Shown in pieces: positions 38,982-51,769 of a stretch of DNA of 64,000 nt; the first letter of the stretch is position 1; each line of letters starts with the position of its first letter. Under the pieces are notes generated by a model. That model was not told the DNA's origin. It searched no databases and saw only the letters and a list, made by a program, of their open reading frames with translations. The DNA is taken from contig CAWETI010000002.1 of the NCBI GenBank assembly GCA_963812015.1, forward strand, positions 384,001 through 448,000. The letters run 5' to 3'. The position numbers were made by a program, and so were the translations under genes. Origin of the DNA: an uncultured delta proteobacterium (lineage in GTDB: Bacteria; Desulfobacterota; Desulfobaccia; Desulfobaccales; 0-14-0-80-60-11).

Positions 38982-39552
38982 ATTGAAGTGAACCACCCGT
39001 ATAATCGTTATCTCTAACCCTCCCATACACAGGTTCTTGGTTTTGGCTTTTGGCAAAGATAGGCGGCTTGCAAAAAGACGGCCTCAAGCCGGGGACCGCC
39101 CCGGGGCCTGGCCCTCCGGGGAGCCGCTCCGGTCTTCGCATTGACACGGTCCGTGCTTGTGGACCAGTCGGTTGAGCCTGGCGCAATAAAGCGCCGCAAA
39201 GGTTCTGCAGGACCCGGACCCATCAACCGCCTCAGTCCGGGGAAATGAGGCATGCTCACAAGATAAGTCACACCACTTCACGGGGTTCCCTCCTGCCACC
39301 CGTTGATTTAGCCGCATCATCTGCCAAAAATCAAGTTTTTTACTCCGGTCGGGACACCTTGAGCGGTGGGAGACCCACCGACCCCGCGGCCCGGGGTGGC
39401 GGGCAGCCCCAGCAGCATCATCCGGTTGCTTAAAGCCGGCTGAGATTTTCTCGATTTTTTCTGAACCAGGTTGTAGAATACCCCAGGCACGGTTACAATC
39501 AAAAAACATCGGAGTAAGGCCTCGGATAACCGGCCTCAAACCACCGCCGACC

Positions 39553-40812
39553 ATGATTTCGCCCATGACGAAACCGCCTGACCGCCTCAATGGTTCGATG
39601 ATATTGCACCTGATCAATGCCGCCGGCCGTCGGTTTGTGGGAAATGGGCTCAAATGGCTGAGCCTGGATGAACAGCTCCTGCTGGACAGGGCCTGCGAAG
39701 GCACCGGCCTGGATGACTTCGGAGACGACTCGTTCCGGGAAGGCTTGAGGGTCTTGTTACGGTCATATGAACTCGACGCCGAGTTCAGCTTTGTGGGCCG
39801 CATCTGCGTCAACGGCGACACGGTCCGGTTGCTGAGCAACCGGCTCCGGCTGGTGGCGGACCGCCGGCGCCATCCGGGCATTGCGGCTGAAGTCATCCGA
39901 CGGCCGCTGTTCATTACCGGGCTGCCCCGTAGCGGCACGACCTTTTTGCACGCCCTGCTGGCCCAGGACCCGGCCCATCGCGCCCCCCAGGTTTGGGAAG
40001 TGATGCACCCGTCCCCCCCGCCCGAAAAAGCGTCCTACGCCACCGATCCCCGCATCGCCACCACGGATAGGCAACTGAAGTGGGTCGACATCCTGATGCC
40101 GGATTTCAAAAAGGTGCACATGATCGGCGCCAGGCTGCCCCAAGAGTGCATCGCCATTACCAGCCACGACTTCCGCAGTTATTCCTTCGAAACCATGGCG
40201 GCGGTGCATTCCTACCGGGCCTGGCACGACCGCCAGGACAAGCGCCCCGAATATGAGTTTCACCGGCAATTCCTGCAACACTTGCAGTGGCGCTGCCCCG
40301 GCCAAAGGTGGGTGCTCAAGGCGCCCGGCCACCTGCTGGCCCTGGAGGCGCTGTTGCAGGTCTATCCCGATGCCTGCGTCCTGATGACGCATCGCGACCC
40401 CCTTAAGGTCCTGGCTTCGTGCGCCAGCTTCACCGAGGTATTGCGGAGCGCCTTCAGCGATCGGGTGGACAAGGTGTCGATGGCCCGGCAAGTGGGGCAA
40501 CGGTGGGAAGAAGGCGCCGGGCTGGCGGTGAAGTATCGGCAGGCAGGGAACCTGGGGGGCCAGTTGTTTGACGTCCAGTACTTAGAATTGGTGCGGGACC
40601 CCATCTCCATGGCGCGGCGCATTTATGAACATTTCGACCTGGAGTTGACCGCGGCGGCGGAAACGGCTATGCAGCGGTTTCTGGCGGAGAACCCCCAGAA
40701 CAAAGGCGGGGTGCACCGCTATTCCCTGGAAGAATTCGGGTTTAACCGCGAGGAGGAAAGACGTCGCTTTCAAGCCTACCTGGATTGTTTCGGCATTGAG
40801 CCGGAGAGCTGA
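39553..40812 (+). CDS. Sulfotransferase (Sulfotransfer_3 family)
   Basis: PAPS-binding ITGLPRSGTTFLH, WVLKAPGHL, THRDP...ASCAS. Confidence 0.9.
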   Translation: MISPMTKPPDRLNGSMILHLINAAGRRFVGNGLKWLSLDEQLLLDRACEGTGLDDFGDDSFREGLRVLLRSYELDAEFSFVGRICVNGDTVRLLSNRLRLVADRRRHPGIAAEVIRRPLFITGLPRSGTTFLHALLAQDPAHRAPQVWEVMHPSPPPEKASYATDPRIATTDRQLKWVDILMPDFKKVHMIGARLPQECIAITSHDFRSYSFETMAAVHSYRAWHDRQDKRPEYEFHRQFLQHLQWRCPGQRWVLKAPGHLLALEALLQVYPDACVLMTHRDPLKVLASCASFTEVLRSAFSDRVDKVSMARQVGQRWEEGAGLAVKYRQAGNLGGQLFDVQYLELVRDPISMARRIYEHFDLELTAAAETAMQRFLAENPQNKGGVHRYSLEEFGFNREEERRRFQAYLDCFGIEPES

Positions 40813-40889
40813 TGAACCGGGGGGCGGGGGGAGGGTGGTAAATCGGGGCGCGACCGGCAGGTTCAGGCCCCATCGTACCTCAGACCAGC

Positions 40890-40916
40890 AAAAAGCGGCC
40901 GCAAGGCCGCTTTTTT
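40890..40916. terminator. Bidirectional rho-independent terminator
   Basis: AAAAAGCGGCC-GCAA-GGCCGCTTTTTT between convergent genes. Confidence 0.85.
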
Positions 40917-40919
40917 GGA

Positions 40920-41151
40920 TCAGTGGGGTTGGGCCGGACCGGCCGGGTCGGTCTCGGGCAGGCTATCCAGGTCTGAGGCGTCAGTCCCCAGTATCTCTTC
41001 GGCCCCCAGCATCTCTTCCGACCCGGGCATCCCCTCCTCGGCTTCCGACAACGGGGCTTTGCCCTGGCGGCGTTTCATCTTGTCGTCGTTCTTCTGTTTC
41101 CGGGCTAATTCTTTGGCGCGCTTTTTGCCAGCCGTAACGATTTCGGGCCAA
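40920..41151 (-). pseudogene. Small basic/acidic protein with a 1-nt frameshift in an A5 run
   Basis: GGAGG, then TTG MARNRYGWQ, continuing in the +1 frame as KRAKELARKQKNDDKMKRRQGK...PH*. Length 232 nt (3n+1). Confidence 0.55.
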
Positions 41152-41232
41152 ATTGATCCTCCCTGGGGCTTAAAATGCCAGAACTCCGGAAGTCCGGAGA
41201 CCGCCGGAGTTCTGACTCTCAGGCTTTGCAGT

Positions 41233-41436
41233 CTAGAGTTTTACCACGTTTTGGGCCTGAGCCCCTTTGGGACCCTGGACCACCTCAAACTCCACTTCCT
41301 GGTCTTCCGCCAGGGAGCGGAAGCCGTCGCCCTGGATGGCACTGTGATGCACAAATACATCCGGACCGCTCTCCCGGGTGATGAAGCCAAAGCCCTTGGA
41401 GTCATTAAACCATTTTACTCTGCCAGTTTCCTTCAT
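41233..41436 (-). CDS. Cold-shock protein (CspA family)
   Basis: [15 protein letters not shown] (RNP1), DVFVHHSAI (RNP2), [10 protein letters not shown]. Confidence 0.97.
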   Translation of the reverse strand: MKETGRVKWFNDSKGFGFITRESGPDVFVHHSAIQGDGFRSLAEDQEVEFEVVQGPKGAQAQNVVKL

Positions 41437-42382
41437 TGCTGAAAAACCTCCTACGGATGCTACAGTAATTTTCCCGCTAAAAAAGCAGGGAGCCAGCAGT
41501 CAGGCAAAAAAAAATCGGCAGAGGACTTAGCATCCCCGTCCGATTTCCGTCCAGGACTTATGGCCCTGCTTTCAGTCTGACATGCTAAACTTCATTAAAT
41601 TTTATCAAAGAATTAACGCTTGTCAAGTGAATAATAGACCGCCCCGATATTCTCCGGTGGTCCAGTCGGCTTCAGCGGTCATGGGCCCCCCACCCCGCTG
41701 GCCTGGACTTGATGCCAGCCTGGTCTCCGCCTCAAGGGGAGCAAGAGAAAACTCCCCCAAAACCCCGGCGAAACGGGGTGGGGGCTGATGGTTCAAATTT
41801 AGGCCCGGACTCTGGGGGGAAAATTCCTGGGTCTCGGCGAATTCTCTAGGCGCGGTTCCCCAAATGGCGAAAATCTATTCCCAAAAAAATTTATTTCCCG
41901 GCGGCGATTTTTCTCCCTTTTGGGGTTCTATAAAGCAAGGCGGGATCATCATTGAATCCCAACAGGTTCGCGGCGATCAAGAGGTCAAGGGTATTCCGTA
42001 CGATCAGCACTTGGTGATTTGTAACCTAATCCTCAAGATGCCCCCCTGGGGCTAAATGATTCTTTAAGTTTCTGGTCAGTTTGGATACTTGGGGGCGCCC
42101 TTGGCTCCCACATTAACGAAGCCCACTTTTTAGGGAAACCCAACCCACAAATAGGGTTGGCTAGAGCCTTTTCAGGGTGAAAATTCGTTCGGTTACAGCC
42201 AGAATGCCCTTGGCAGTCGAGTCTTGGGAACTATCTTCTTCCCTAACCTTAAGAATATCGTTATGTTTATAATTTATGTATCCTACGCCTGGCGCGGGAA
42301 CAGCGACACTATTTTTCAACGGCCAGTCGGGCTAGTTGGCTCATTGCAGATCATCTAAGGGATTCGAAGTGAGACCATCACT

Positions 42383-43600
42383 ATGACGTTCAGACCATAC
42401 ACCGAGAAAAATGCTCTATCGGAGCGCCTTACCCCGGGGGGTTGGCTCAATCGCTGGTGGATTTGGCTCCTGGCGGCCAGTCTTTTAGGGATCGTGGCCT
42501 ACACCCAGTTAAGCAAGCCGGCCAAGCTGACCGGAGGCTTAGCCAAGCAAGGGGTTTCCCCGGCGCCCCAAAGTGTTCCGGTTACAGCAGCAGCGGCGAA
42601 GCGGGGAGATATCCCCATATATCTCACTGGGCTCGGCTCCGTCACCCCGCTCCGTACCGTCACCGTAAAGAGCCGGGTGGATGGAGAGCTGATGCGGGTC
42701 TCGTACAAGGAGGGACAGATTGTCGGCAAGGGCTATCTCTTGGCGGAAATCGACCCCCGACCATACGAAGCCCAATTGACCCAGACCCAGGGTCAGATGG
42801 TCCGCGACCAGGCCTTACTGAAGAACGCCAGAGTGGACCTGGAGCGCTACCGGGTCCTATCCGGCCAGGATTCCGTCGCCAAACAGATATACGATACCCA
42901 AAAATCCCTGGTGCGTCAGCTTGAGGGCACCGTCAAGTTCGATCAGGGCCAGATCGACAATGCCAAACTGCAGCTCATTTATGCACGGATCACCGCCCCC
43001 GTCAGCGGGCGCATCGGCCTGCGGGCCGTGGACCCGGGCAACATCATTCACGCCACCGATACCACTGGGCTCGCCGTGATCACGCAACTCGAACCCATCA
43101 CGGTCATCTTTACCATCCCCGAGGACAACCTGCCCGAGGTGCTCGCCAAGCTCAGAGCCGGAGACCGCCTGGCAGTGGATGCCTATAACCGCGAGCAAAG
43201 CAAAAAACTCGCCACGGGGTCTTTGCTGACGGTCGATAACCAGATCGATCCGAACTCCGGCACGGTCCGACTCAAGGCGGAGTTCCCCAACAAAGATCAT
43301 GGGCTTTTCCCCAACCAGTTCGTCAATGCCCGCCTGCTTCTGGACACCAGGCGGGGAACCACGGTGATACCCACCGCCGCCATCCAGCGAAGCCCCCAGG
43401 CGACTTTCGTCTTTCTGGTCAAGGCCGATCAGACCGTCACGGTCCGCCAGGTGCGCCTCGGACCCACGGCAGGGGATCAGGTCTCCGTCGACGAGGGCCT
43501 CTCACCCGGTGATCTCGTGGTGGTGGAGGGCGCAGAGAGGCTGCGTGAGGGGAGCAAGATCGAGTTAAAAAGCCCCGGGAACTCGGGGAAAGCCAAGTAA
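42383..43600 (+). CDS. mdtA: RND efflux membrane-fusion protein
   Basis: [41 protein letters not shown]. Confidence 0.9.
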   Translation: MTFRPYTEKNALSERLTPGGWLNRWWIWLLAASLLGIVAYTQLSKPAKLTGGLAKQGVSPAPQSVPVTAAAAKRGDIPIYLTGLGSVTPLRTVTVKSRVDGELMRVSYKEGQIVGKGYLLAEIDPRPYEAQLTQTQGQMVRDQALLKNARVDLERYRVLSGQDSVAKQIYDTQKSLVRQLEGTVKFDQGQIDNAKLQLIYARITAPVSGRIGLRAVDPGNIIHATDTTGLAVITQLEPITVIFTIPEDNLPEVLAKLRAGDRLAVDAYNREQSKKLATGSLLTVDNQIDPNSGTVRLKAEFPNKDHGLFPNQFVNARLLLDTRRGTTVIPTAAIQRSPQATFVFLVKADQTVTVRQVRLGPTAGDQVSVDEGLSPGDLVVVEGAERLREGSKIELKSPGNSGKAK

Positions 43601-46600
43601 TGAACCCTTCCCGCACTTTCATCCTGCGTCCGGTGGCGACCACCCTGCTGATGGCGGCCATCATTCTGGCCGGGGCGGTGGCCTACTACCAGTTGCCGGT
43701 TTCGGCCCTGCCCCAGGTGGATTACCCGACTATCCAGGTGCTCACCTTTTTCCCGGGCGCCAGCCCCGATGTCATGGCTTCATCCATCACCGCCCCTCTG
43801 GAGCGTCAGTTCGGCCAAATGCCGGGGCTCAAGCAGATGACGTCCAACAGTTCCGGGGGCAGTTCGGTCATCATCCTGCAATTCGGTCTGGCCCTCAGTC
43901 TGGACGTGGCCGAACAGGAGGTCCAGGCGGCTATCAATGCGGCCGCGACCTTTTTGCCGAAAGACCTGCCCAATCCACCGGTCTACAGCAAGGTCAATCC
44001 GGCGGATGCGCCGATCCTGACGCTGGCTCTCACTTCAGAGACTCTGCCGCTGCCCAAAATCGAAGACCTGGCGGATACCCGACTCGCCCAGAAGATCTCC
44101 CAACTGCCGGGGGTGGGCCTCGTCAGTATCAGCGGCGGACAGCGGCCGGCGGTGCGGATTCAGGCCAACCCCACGGCTCTGGCTGCTTACGGCCTCACCC
44201 TGGAAGACCTGCGCACCGCTATTGGGGTGGCCAACACCAACCAGGCGAAAGGTGGCTTTGACGGTCTACGCCAGTCATCCATCATCGGGGCGAACGATCA
44301 GCTCTTTACCGGCAAGGAGTATCTGCCGCTGATCATCGCCTATGTCAATGGCGCCCCCGTGAAGCTAGGCGACGTGGCCGACGCCATCGACGACGCCGAA
44401 AACGTGCGGCAGGCAGCCTGGATGAACGATGTGCCGGCGGTGATCGTCAACGTTCAGCGGCAACCGGGCTCCAACGTCATCGAGGTCGTCGACCGCGTAA
44501 AAAGCCTGCTGCCGCAGTTGCAAAGTGCTCTGCCGCCTGCGGTGCACGTCTCCGTGCTCACCGACCGCACCGTGACCATCCGCGCTTCTGTCCATGGAGT
44601 CCAGTTCGAGATGATGCTGGCAGTGGCCCTGGTGGTGCTGGTGATCTTTTTATTTCTGCGGAACCTCCGGGCCACGATCATTCCGAGCGTGGCCGTGCCG
44701 CTCTCCCTGGTGGGCACCTTCGGGGTGATGTATCTGCTGGGATTCAGCCTGAACAATCTGTCGTTGATGGCCCTCACCATTGCCACCGGCTTCGTGGTGG
44801 ACGACGCCATCGTCATGATCGAAAATGTCTCTCGATACCTCGAACAGGGAGATCCACCCCTGCAGGCGGCCCTCAAAGGCTCGGAGCAAATCGCCTTCAC
44901 CATCCTGTCCCTGACTGTGTCGCTGATCGCCGTGCTGATTCCGGTCCTGTTCATGGGCGAGGTGGTGGGCCGGTTATTCCGGGAGTTTGCCATTACCCTC
45001 GGCGTGACGATTCTCCTCTCTGCCGTGGTGTCCCTCACCCTGACCCCGATGATGTGCGCCCGGCTACTGCGGCATACGCCGGAAGAACAGCAGAGTCGGC
45101 TCTTTCTCTCCTCCCAGCGGGTCTACGACCGGATTATCGAGTTCTACGCCTCGACGCTGCGCTGGGTGCTGAAGCACCAGACGGGGACGCTCCTGGTCGC
45201 GGTGGCAACCCTGGTCATGACGGTGCTTCTGTACGTCATCGTTCCCAAGGGCTTTTTTCCGGTTCAAGACACCGGCATCATCCTGGGCATTTCCGAGGCC
45301 CCGCAAAGGATCTCGTTTGCGGCCATGGCGGAGCGCCAGCAGGTCCTGGCGAAGGAAATCCTCCAGGACCCGGCCGTCGAAAGCCTCTCCACCTTCATCG
45401 GCGTGGACGGAACCAATACCACCCTCAACAGCGGGCGGGTGCTCATCAACCTTAAGCCCTTGGAAGAGCGCCGCATAAGCGCCAGCGAGATCATCCGCCG
45501 CCTGCAGCCGCGGCTCGCCAAGCTCGAGGGCATCACCCTCTTCATGCAGCCGGTGCAAGACCTCTCGGTGGAGGATCGCGTCAGCCGGACGCAATACCAG
45601 TATAGCCTCGAGGATCCTGATAGCAACGAATTGAACCGCTGGGCTCCCAGGTTGGTTGAAGCTCTCCGGAAACGGCCCGAACTTCGGGAGGTGAGCAGCG
45701 ATCAACAGGACGAGGGGCTGCAGGTTTACCTGACCATCGACCGCAGCACCGCGTCGCGCCTCGGCATCACGCCCCAGCTCATCGATGACACCCTCTACGA
45801 CGCCTTCGGCCAGCGCCAGGTGTCCACGATCTTCACCCAGTTGAACCAGTATCGCGTCGTTTTAGAGGTCAAGCCCGACTTTCAGCGAACCCCCGACAAA
45901 CTGGAGGCGATTTATATCCGCAGTATCGGCGGCGGCAAAGTGCCGTTGAGCGCCATCACCCGGGCCGAAGAGACGACCGGCCCCCTCGTCATCAGCCACC
46001 AGGGGCAGTTTCCGGCCACGACCCTGTCGTTCAATCTGGCTCCGGGGGTTTCCCTGGGTGGAGCGGTGGAGCTCATGGAGGCGACTACGAAGCAGCTGGG
46101 ACTGCCGCCCAGCATCCGGGGCAGTTTTCAGGGCACGGCCCGGGCCTTCCAGGCCTCCCTGGCCAACGAACCGCTGTTGATCCTGGCAGCCCTGGTGACG
46201 GTCTACATCGTCTTGGGAGTGTTGTACGAGAGCTATATCCACCCCATCACCATCATCTCGACCCTCCCTTCGGCCGGAGTCGGGGCGATTCTCGCGCTTC
46301 TCCTCTGCCGCACCGAGTTCAGCGTCATCGCCCTCATCGGCATCATTTTGTTGATCGGCATCGTCAAGAAAAACGGCATCATGATAGTGGACTTTGCCCT
46401 GGATGCCGAGCGCAAGGGAGGGAAGCCTCCGGAGGAGGCGATCTATCAGGCCTGCCTGTTGAGATTCCGGCCGATCATGATGACGACCATGGCGGCCCTT
46501 TTGGGGGCGCTGCCCCTGGCCATAGGGACCGGATTGGGGTCCGAGCTGCGTCATCCCCTGGGCATCTCCATCGTCGGCGGGCTGATTTTCAGCCAGGTGC

Positions 46601-46713
46601 TCACCCTCTACACGACTCCGGTCATCTACCTCTGGTTTGATCGGCTGGCAGGACGCCTGGGCAAGGGTCGCTCGGCAGACTCGCAGCAAGGGGACTTCAC
46701 GGAACCGGCATGA
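43600..46713 (+). CDS. mdtB: RND efflux transporter permease
   Basis: [48 protein letters not shown]. Confidence 0.92.
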   Translation: MNPSRTFILRPVATTLLMAAIILAGAVAYYQLPVSALPQVDYPTIQVLTFFPGASPDVMASSITAPLERQFGQMPGLKQMTSNSSGGSSVIILQFGLALSLDVAEQEVQAAINAAATFLPKDLPNPPVYSKVNPADAPILTLALTSETLPLPKIEDLADTRLAQKISQLPGVGLVSISGGQRPAVRIQANPTALAAYGLTLEDLRTAIGVANTNQAKGGFDGLRQSSIIGANDQLFTGKEYLPLIIAYVNGAPVKLGDVADAIDDAENVRQAAWMNDVPAVIVNVQRQPGSNVIEVVDRVKSLLPQLQSALPPAVHVSVLTDRTVTIRASVHGVQFEMMLAVALVVLVIFLFLRNLRATIIPSVAVPLSLVGTFGVMYLLGFSLNNLSLMALTIATGFVVDDAIVMIENVSRYLEQGDPPLQAALKGSEQIAFTILSLTVSLIAVLIPVLFMGEVVGRLFREFAITLGVTILLSAVVSLTLTPMMCARLLRHTPEEQQSRLFLSSQRVYDRIIEFYASTLRWVLKHQTGTLLVAVATLVMTVLLYVIVPKGFFPVQDTGIILGISEAPQRISFAAMAERQQVLAKEILQDPAVESLSTFIGVDGTNTTLNSGRVLINLKPLEERRISASEIIRRLQPRLAKLEGITLFMQPVQDLSVEDRVSRTQYQYSLEDPDSNELNRWAPRLVEALRKRPELREVSSDQQDEGLQVYLTIDRSTASRLGITPQLIDDTLYDAFGQRQVSTIFTQLNQYRVVLEVKPDFQRTPDKLEAIYIRSIGGGKVPLSAITRAEETTGPLVISHQGQFPATTLSFNLAPGVSLGGAVELMEATTKQLGLPPSIRGSFQGTARAFQASLANEPLLILAALVTVYIVLGVLYESYIHPITIISTLPSAGVGAILALLLCRTEFSVIALIGIILLIGIVKKNGIMIVDFALDAERKGGKPPEEAIYQACLLRFRPIMMTTMAALLGALPLAIGTGLGSELRHPLGISIVGGLIFSQVLTLYTTPVIYLWFDRLAGRLGKGRSADSQQGDFTEPA

Positions 46714-49700
46714 ACATCACGGCCCCCTTCATCAAAAGGCCGGTGGCCACGACCCTGCTCACCGTCGGCATGGCGCTGGCCGGGATCATAGCCTTTCATT
46801 TCTTGCCCGTATCTCCCCTGCCCCAGGTGGATTTCCCGACGATCCAGGTCTCGGCAAGCCTGCCGGGGGCCGACCCCGAAACCATGGCTACTTCGGTGGC
46901 GGCGCCTTTGGAACGGCAATTCGGACACATTGCCGGGGTGACCGAGATGACCTCGTCCAGTTACCGGGGGATAACCAATGTCGTGTTGCAGTTCGATTTG
47001 AACCGCAACATCGACGGGGCCGCCCGGGACGTCCAGGCCGCCATCAATGCGGCGCAAAGTTATCTGCCGTCGACGCTGCCCAACCTCCCCACCTACCGCA
47101 AGGTCAACCCGGCCGATGCCCCGATTCTCATCGTGTCTCTCACCTCCGACACGGTGGACAGGGCGCGCATGTATGATGCGGCTTCCACCATTCTCCAGCA
47201 AAAAATCTCCCAGGTGGAGGGAGTCGGCACGGTGTTCGCGGGAGGCGGTTCTTTGCCGGCGGTCCGGGTGGAACTGAACCCTACGGCGGTGCACAAATAC
47301 GGGATCGGCCTTGAGGATGTGCGCAGTCTGTTGGGTAACACCAACGTCAACCGGCCCAAGGGACAACTGGCGGATGGAACCAAAAGCCGGGAGATCAGGA
47401 CCAACGATCAACTCTTCAAGGCCGAGCAGTACCGGGATCTGATCGTAACTTACAGCTCCGGGGCGCCGGTCCGGTTGGCGGATCTGGGCGAGGTCGATGA
47501 CTCAGTTGAGGATGTGCGAGCCGAGGGGCTGATGAACGGCAAGACCGCGGTGATGCTGGTCATTTTTAGAAGCCCCGGGGCCAACATTATCGACACGGTG
47601 GATCGGATTCGCGGCCTGATGCCGCAGTTGCAAGCCTCCATTCCCCAGGGGATCAATCTGTCGGTCGTGGTGGACCGAAGTCCGCCCATCCGCAGTTCAC
47701 TCAAGGATGTCGAATTCACCCTGGTGATTTCGGGCACCCTCGTCATTCTGGTGGTGTTCGCCTTCCTGCGGAATATCCGGGCCACCCTCATCCCGGGGGT
47801 GGCGGTGCCGGTGTCCCTCATCAGCACCTTCGGGGTGATGTATCTGCTGGGCTACAGCGTGGACAACCTCTCCCTCATGGCCCTCACGATTGCGACGGGC
47901 TTTGTGGTGGACGACGCCATTGTGGTGATAGAGAACATCACCCGTTACATCGAAAAAGGAGATTCCCCCCGGGAGGCGGCGTTCCTGGGAGCAAAGGAGA
48001 TCACCTTTACGGTCGTATCCATGAGCGCCTCTCTGGTGGCGGTGTTCATCCCGCTCCTGTTGATGGGCGGTATGGTCGGCCGTCTGTTTCGCGAGTTCTC
48101 CGTGACGCTTTCCGCGGCTATCTTGATTTCTCTGCTAGTGTCCCTGACGACCACCCCCATGATGTGCGCCGCCCTCCTCAGGTCAGAGAAAGGCCGGGCT
48201 CACGGGCGCATCTACCGGGCCAGCGAGTGGATGTTCGAACTGCTGCGCCACACCTACGATATCAGCCTGGGCTGGGCCTTGCGGCACCCTCGCTTTATGC
48301 TCTCTCTGATGCTGCTCACGGTGGGATTGAATATCGGCCTGTTCCTTTACATTCCCAAGGGTTTCTTCCCCGAGCAGGATACCGGTCGCATCACCGGCAT
48401 GATCCAGGCCTCCCAGGACATCTCGTTTCAGGCCATGCGGCAGAAGCTGCCGGAAGTGGTGGATATCATCAAGACTGACCCGGACGTGACTGACGTGTTG
48501 GGTTTCACCGGCGGGGTCAGTGGCGGCGGCACCGGCGCCACCGTCAATACGGCGCGCATGTTCATTTCCCTCAAGCCCTTCGAGCAGCGCAAGGCCAGTG
48601 CGCGTCAGGTGATCGCCAGGCTGCGCCGCCAGCTCGCGCAAGTGCCGGGGGCCCCCACTTACTTTCAGGTGGTTCAGGATTTGCGGATCGGCGGCCTGGG
48701 AAGTGCGGCCCTTTATCAATTTACCCTTCGGGGAGACAACCTCGAAGAGCTCAATACCTGGGGCCCCCGCGTGCTAGAGAAACTGCGCCCCTTGCCTCAA
48801 CTGGTGGATGTTAACAGCGATCAACAGGATAGAGGGTTGCAGTCCACTCTGGTAATCGACCGCGACACGGCCTCCCGGTTCGGCATTACCGCGCAGCTCA
48901 TTGACGACACCTTGTACGACGCCTTCGGGCAGCGCCAGGTGGCCATCACCTACACCCCGCTCAACCAGTATCATGTAGTAATGGAGGTGGCCCCACCCTA
49001 TTGGCAGCGCCCCGAAACGCTGCGACAGATCTACGTGCATTCGCCCAATGGCGCCATGGTGCCGCTGAGCGCCTTCACGCATTACGAGCCCACCGCCACC
49101 TCTCTCTCGGTGAACCACCTGGGGCAGTTTCCGGCGGTCACCATCTCATTCAATCTGGCCCGGGGGGCAGCCCTCGGGGATGCGGTGGCGGCCATCGAGA
49201 CGGCCACCAGGCAGTTGGGGCTACCGGCCGGCATCCGGGGGACCTTCCTGGGGACGGCCGAGGCCTTCAAGGCCTCCTTGGCCAACGAACCGTATCTGAT
49301 CCTGGCGGCGCTCCTGGCGGTCTACATCGTGCTGGGGGTGCTGTACGAGAGCTACGTCCACCCGATCACGATCCTCTCCACCCTGCCATCGGCGGGGGTG
49401 GGGGCACTTTTTACTTTGATAGTCTGTGGGACGGATTTGAGCCTCATTGCCGTAATCGGTATTATCCTGCTGATCGGCATCGTCAAGAAGAACGGCATCA
49501 TGATGGTTGACTTTGCCCTGGACGTGGAACGCAAAGAGGGCAAGAGTTCTCGGGAGGCGATCTACGAGGCGTGTCTGCTGCGATTCCGCCCGATTATGAT
49601 GACGACCATGGCGGCCCTGTTGGGAGCACTGCCGCTGGCGCTGGGATCTGGAGCGGGGTCCGAGCTGCGCCGCCCCCTGGGCATCTCCATCGTGGGGGGG

Positions 49701-49838
49701 CTGATCTTCAGCCAGATGCTCACCCTCTATACCACCCCGGTGATCTACCTTTATCTGGACCGCTTCAGGCTCTGGTTTAATCGCCTCCGCCGCGGGCGCC
49801 GGGGGGAGCCAGCAAATGCGGGGGCGATGGAAAATTAG
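46710..49838 (+). CDS. mdtC: RND efflux transporter permease
   Basis: [40 protein letters not shown]; second RND paralogue in tandem. Confidence 0.92.
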   Translation: MNITAPFIKRPVATTLLTVGMALAGIIAFHFLPVSPLPQVDFPTIQVSASLPGADPETMATSVAAPLERQFGHIAGVTEMTSSSYRGITNVVLQFDLNRNIDGAARDVQAAINAAQSYLPSTLPNLPTYRKVNPADAPILIVSLTSDTVDRARMYDAASTILQQKISQVEGVGTVFAGGGSLPAVRVELNPTAVHKYGIGLEDVRSLLGNTNVNRPKGQLADGTKSREIRTNDQLFKAEQYRDLIVTYSSGAPVRLADLGEVDDSVEDVRAEGLMNGKTAVMLVIFRSPGANIIDTVDRIRGLMPQLQASIPQGINLSVVVDRSPPIRSSLKDVEFTLVISGTLVILVVFAFLRNIRATLIPGVAVPVSLISTFGVMYLLGYSVDNLSLMALTIATGFVVDDAIVVIENITRYIEKGDSPREAAFLGAKEITFTVVSMSASLVAVFIPLLLMGGMVGRLFREFSVTLSAAILISLLVSLTTTPMMCAALLRSEKGRAHGRIYRASEWMFELLRHTYDISLGWALRHPRFMLSLMLLTVGLNIGLFLYIPKGFFPEQDTGRITGMIQASQDISFQAMRQKLPEVVDIIKTDPDVTDVLGFTGGVSGGGTGATVNTARMFISLKPFEQRKASARQVIARLRRQLAQVPGAPTYFQVVQDLRIGGLGSAALYQFTLRGDNLEELNTWGPRVLEKLRPLPQLVDVNSDQQDRGLQSTLVIDRDTASRFGITAQLIDDTLYDAFGQRQVAITYTPLNQYHVVMEVAPPYWQRPETLRQIYVHSPNGAMVPLSAFTHYEPTATSLSVNHLGQFPAVTISFNLARGAALGDAVAAIETATRQLGLPAGIRGTFLGTAEAFKASLANEPYLILAALLAVYIVLGVLYESYVHPITILSTLPSAGVGALFTLIVCGTDLSLIAVIGIILLIGIVKKNGIMMVDFALDVERKEGKSSREAIYEACLLRFRPIMMTTMAALLGALPLALGSGAGSELRRPLGISIVGGLIFSQMLTLYTTPVIYLYLDRFRLWFNRLRRGRRGEPANAGAMEN

Positions 49839-49884
49839 CGGGGTAATGCATAAATTGTCCGCAATCCGGGAGAGAGGGGTACTG

Positions 49885-49979
49885 AAGTCCCCCTTGGTAA
49901 AAGGGGGATTTAGAGTTATTTATTAGGTTTTTCAAGTGGTTATTATAATCCCCCCTGCCCCCCTGGAGAAAAGGGGGGG
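49885..49979. repeat. Second copy of the CCCCCTT...AAGGGGG REP-like repeat, between mdtC and the outer-membrane factor
   Basis: AAGTCCCCCTTGGTAAAAGGGGGATT...AATCCCCCCTGCCCCCCTGGAGAAAAGGGGGGG, matching 455-536. Confidence 0.8.
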
Positions 49980-50086
49980 TAAAAAATGTGGTAATAAATA
50001 TAGTTGGGACCCCGGACCGCCACCCGGGAAAGGCTTTGAGGAAATCATTTATGTTGCTTCATTTAAGGACAGTCTTTGGGAGATGC

Positions 50087-51691
50087 ATGGCGCCCGGCAG
50101 GATTACCCTGGCAGTGGTCGCCGGGGCGCTGGTCCTGGTCTCAGGCTGTACGGTCGGTCCGGATTATGTGAGGCCGCCGGCCGAAACCCCCGCGACTTAC
50201 AAGGAAAATGCCGGTTGGAAGGTGGCCCAGCCCCGGGACGAGATGTCCCGGGGAGCCTGGTGGGAGATCTATAATGACCCCAAGTTGAACGCCCTGGTAG
50301 CGCAGGTCGACATCACCAACCAGAACATCGCCGCGGCGGAAGCGAATTTCCGCCAGGCTCTGGCGTTGATTCGAGTCGCCCGGGCCGCCTATTTCCCCAC
50401 GGTCACCGGCGGCCCTTCCTGGTCGCGGTTCAAGAGATCGGAGAACATCGGCAGCGCTAATTCTAATCTTGCCGGAGCCTCGGGAACCTCAGGCGCAGGA
50501 GGTGGCGCCGCCATTGGCTCCTTCCCGGGGGCTACTTTACCGGACTACTTGCTGAATTTCAACGCCGCCTGGGAATTGGACATTTGGGGCAAAGTGCGCC
50601 GCAGCGTGGAGTCGAGCCAAGCCAGCGCCCAGGCCAGCGCCGCCAATATTGAGGTGGCGCGGCTGAGCGCCCAGGCCACCCTGGCCCAAAGCTATTTTCT
50701 CTTGCGCGCCTCGGACGAGCAAAAGCGCCTCTTGGACGACATCGCCCTCGCCTTCCAAACGATTTTCGACCGGACCATAAACCGCTACAACAGCGGCGTC
50801 GCCAGCCGGAACGACGTGGCCCTGGCGGAGACCCAGCTCAAGACCACCCAGGCCCAGGCCATCGACCTCGGGGTGCAACGGGCCCAACTGGAGCACGCCA
50901 TCGCCATCCTCATGGGTAAGCCGCCCGCCACCTTCGCCATTCCGCCGGCGCCGGTGGCCCTGAAGGTCCCGGCCATTCCCGCCGGGGTGCCTTCGGAACT
51001 CCTGGAACGCCGCCCCGACGTCGCCGCCGCCGAAAGGAACATGGCCGCGGCCAACGCCCAGGTCGGCGTTGCCATCGCGGCCTATTACCCCTCCATTACT
51101 CTGAGCGCCACCGGAGGCTTCGAGGCCGCCACCACGCCGCTGTGGTTTACCTGGCCCAGCCGCTTCTGGTCGCTGGGGGCGGCCGCGGCGCAGACCATAT
51201 TCCAAGGCGGGGCGCTGGTAGCCCAGACCGACGCGGCCCGAGCGGCTTACGATGCCACCGTGGCCACCTATCGCCAGACGGTGCTCACCGGCTTTCAGGA
51301 GGTAGAAGACAATCTGGCGGCCCTGCGCATTCTGGAGCAGGAGGCGAAGGTCCAAGACGAGGCGGCAAAGGCGGCGAGATTATCGGTCACCTTAAGCACT
51401 AACCAGTATCAGGCCGGTACCATCAGCACCCTCGACCTCCTGCTGGTGGTGACCAACGCCCGGAACATCGAAAGGACCTCCGTCACCATCCTGGGCAGCC
51501 GGATGAGCGCCAGCGTGCTCCTGATAAAAGCCCTGGGCGGGGGCTGGAAATCCTCCGACTTGACTGCTGTCGCTAATGGCTCGCTGGATTCGAGCCCAAG
51601 CGGTCAGGCGTCGAACCGCCAAGACCACCGTGAAGGCCCCGTAAACCCGAACCTGGCTGGTGGCAGGGTTGGCGAGCCATCAACCCAATAG
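50087..51691 (+). CDS. Efflux outer-membrane factor lipoprotein (NodT/OprM family)
   Basis: Lipobox VSGC-TVGPDY, WELDIWGKVRR, ELLERRPDVAAAER, KALGGGW. Confidence 0.92.
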   Translation: MAPGRITLAVVAGALVLVSGCTVGPDYVRPPAETPATYKENAGWKVAQPRDEMSRGAWWEIYNDPKLNALVAQVDITNQNIAAAEANFRQALALIRVARAAYFPTVTGGPSWSRFKRSENIGSANSNLAGASGTSGAGGGAAIGSFPGATLPDYLLNFNAAWELDIWGKVRRSVESSQASAQASAANIEVARLSAQATLAQSYFLLRASDEQKRLLDDIALAFQTIFDRTINRYNSGVASRNDVALAETQLKTTQAQAIDLGVQRAQLEHAIAILMGKPPATFAIPPAPVALKVPAIPAGVPSELLERRPDVAAAERNMAAANAQVGVAIAAYYPSITLSATGGFEAATTPLWFTWPSRFWSLGAAAAQTIFQGGALVAQTDAARAAYDATVATYRQTVLTGFQEVEDNLAALRILEQEAKVQDEAAKAARLSVTLSTNQYQAGTISTLDLLLVVTNARNIERTSVTILGSRMSASVLLIKALGGGWKSSDLTAVANGSLDSSPSGQASNRQDHREGPVNPNLAGGRVGEPSTQ

Positions 51692-51769
51692 GATAAGACC
51701 AGCTCGCATTGTGTCCAGGATAGATAAGAGAGGGCTCAATAACCTTCTTCAGTAAAATGAGAATATATT

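Noticed and set aside
42156..42185. IS-end-like sequence TAGAGCCTTTTCAGGGTGAA and an operator-like TTAGGGAAACCCAA at about 42130, upstream of mdtA
   Set aside because: No partner inverted repeat was found; a single degenerate box is insufficient to add mdtABC to the regulon.
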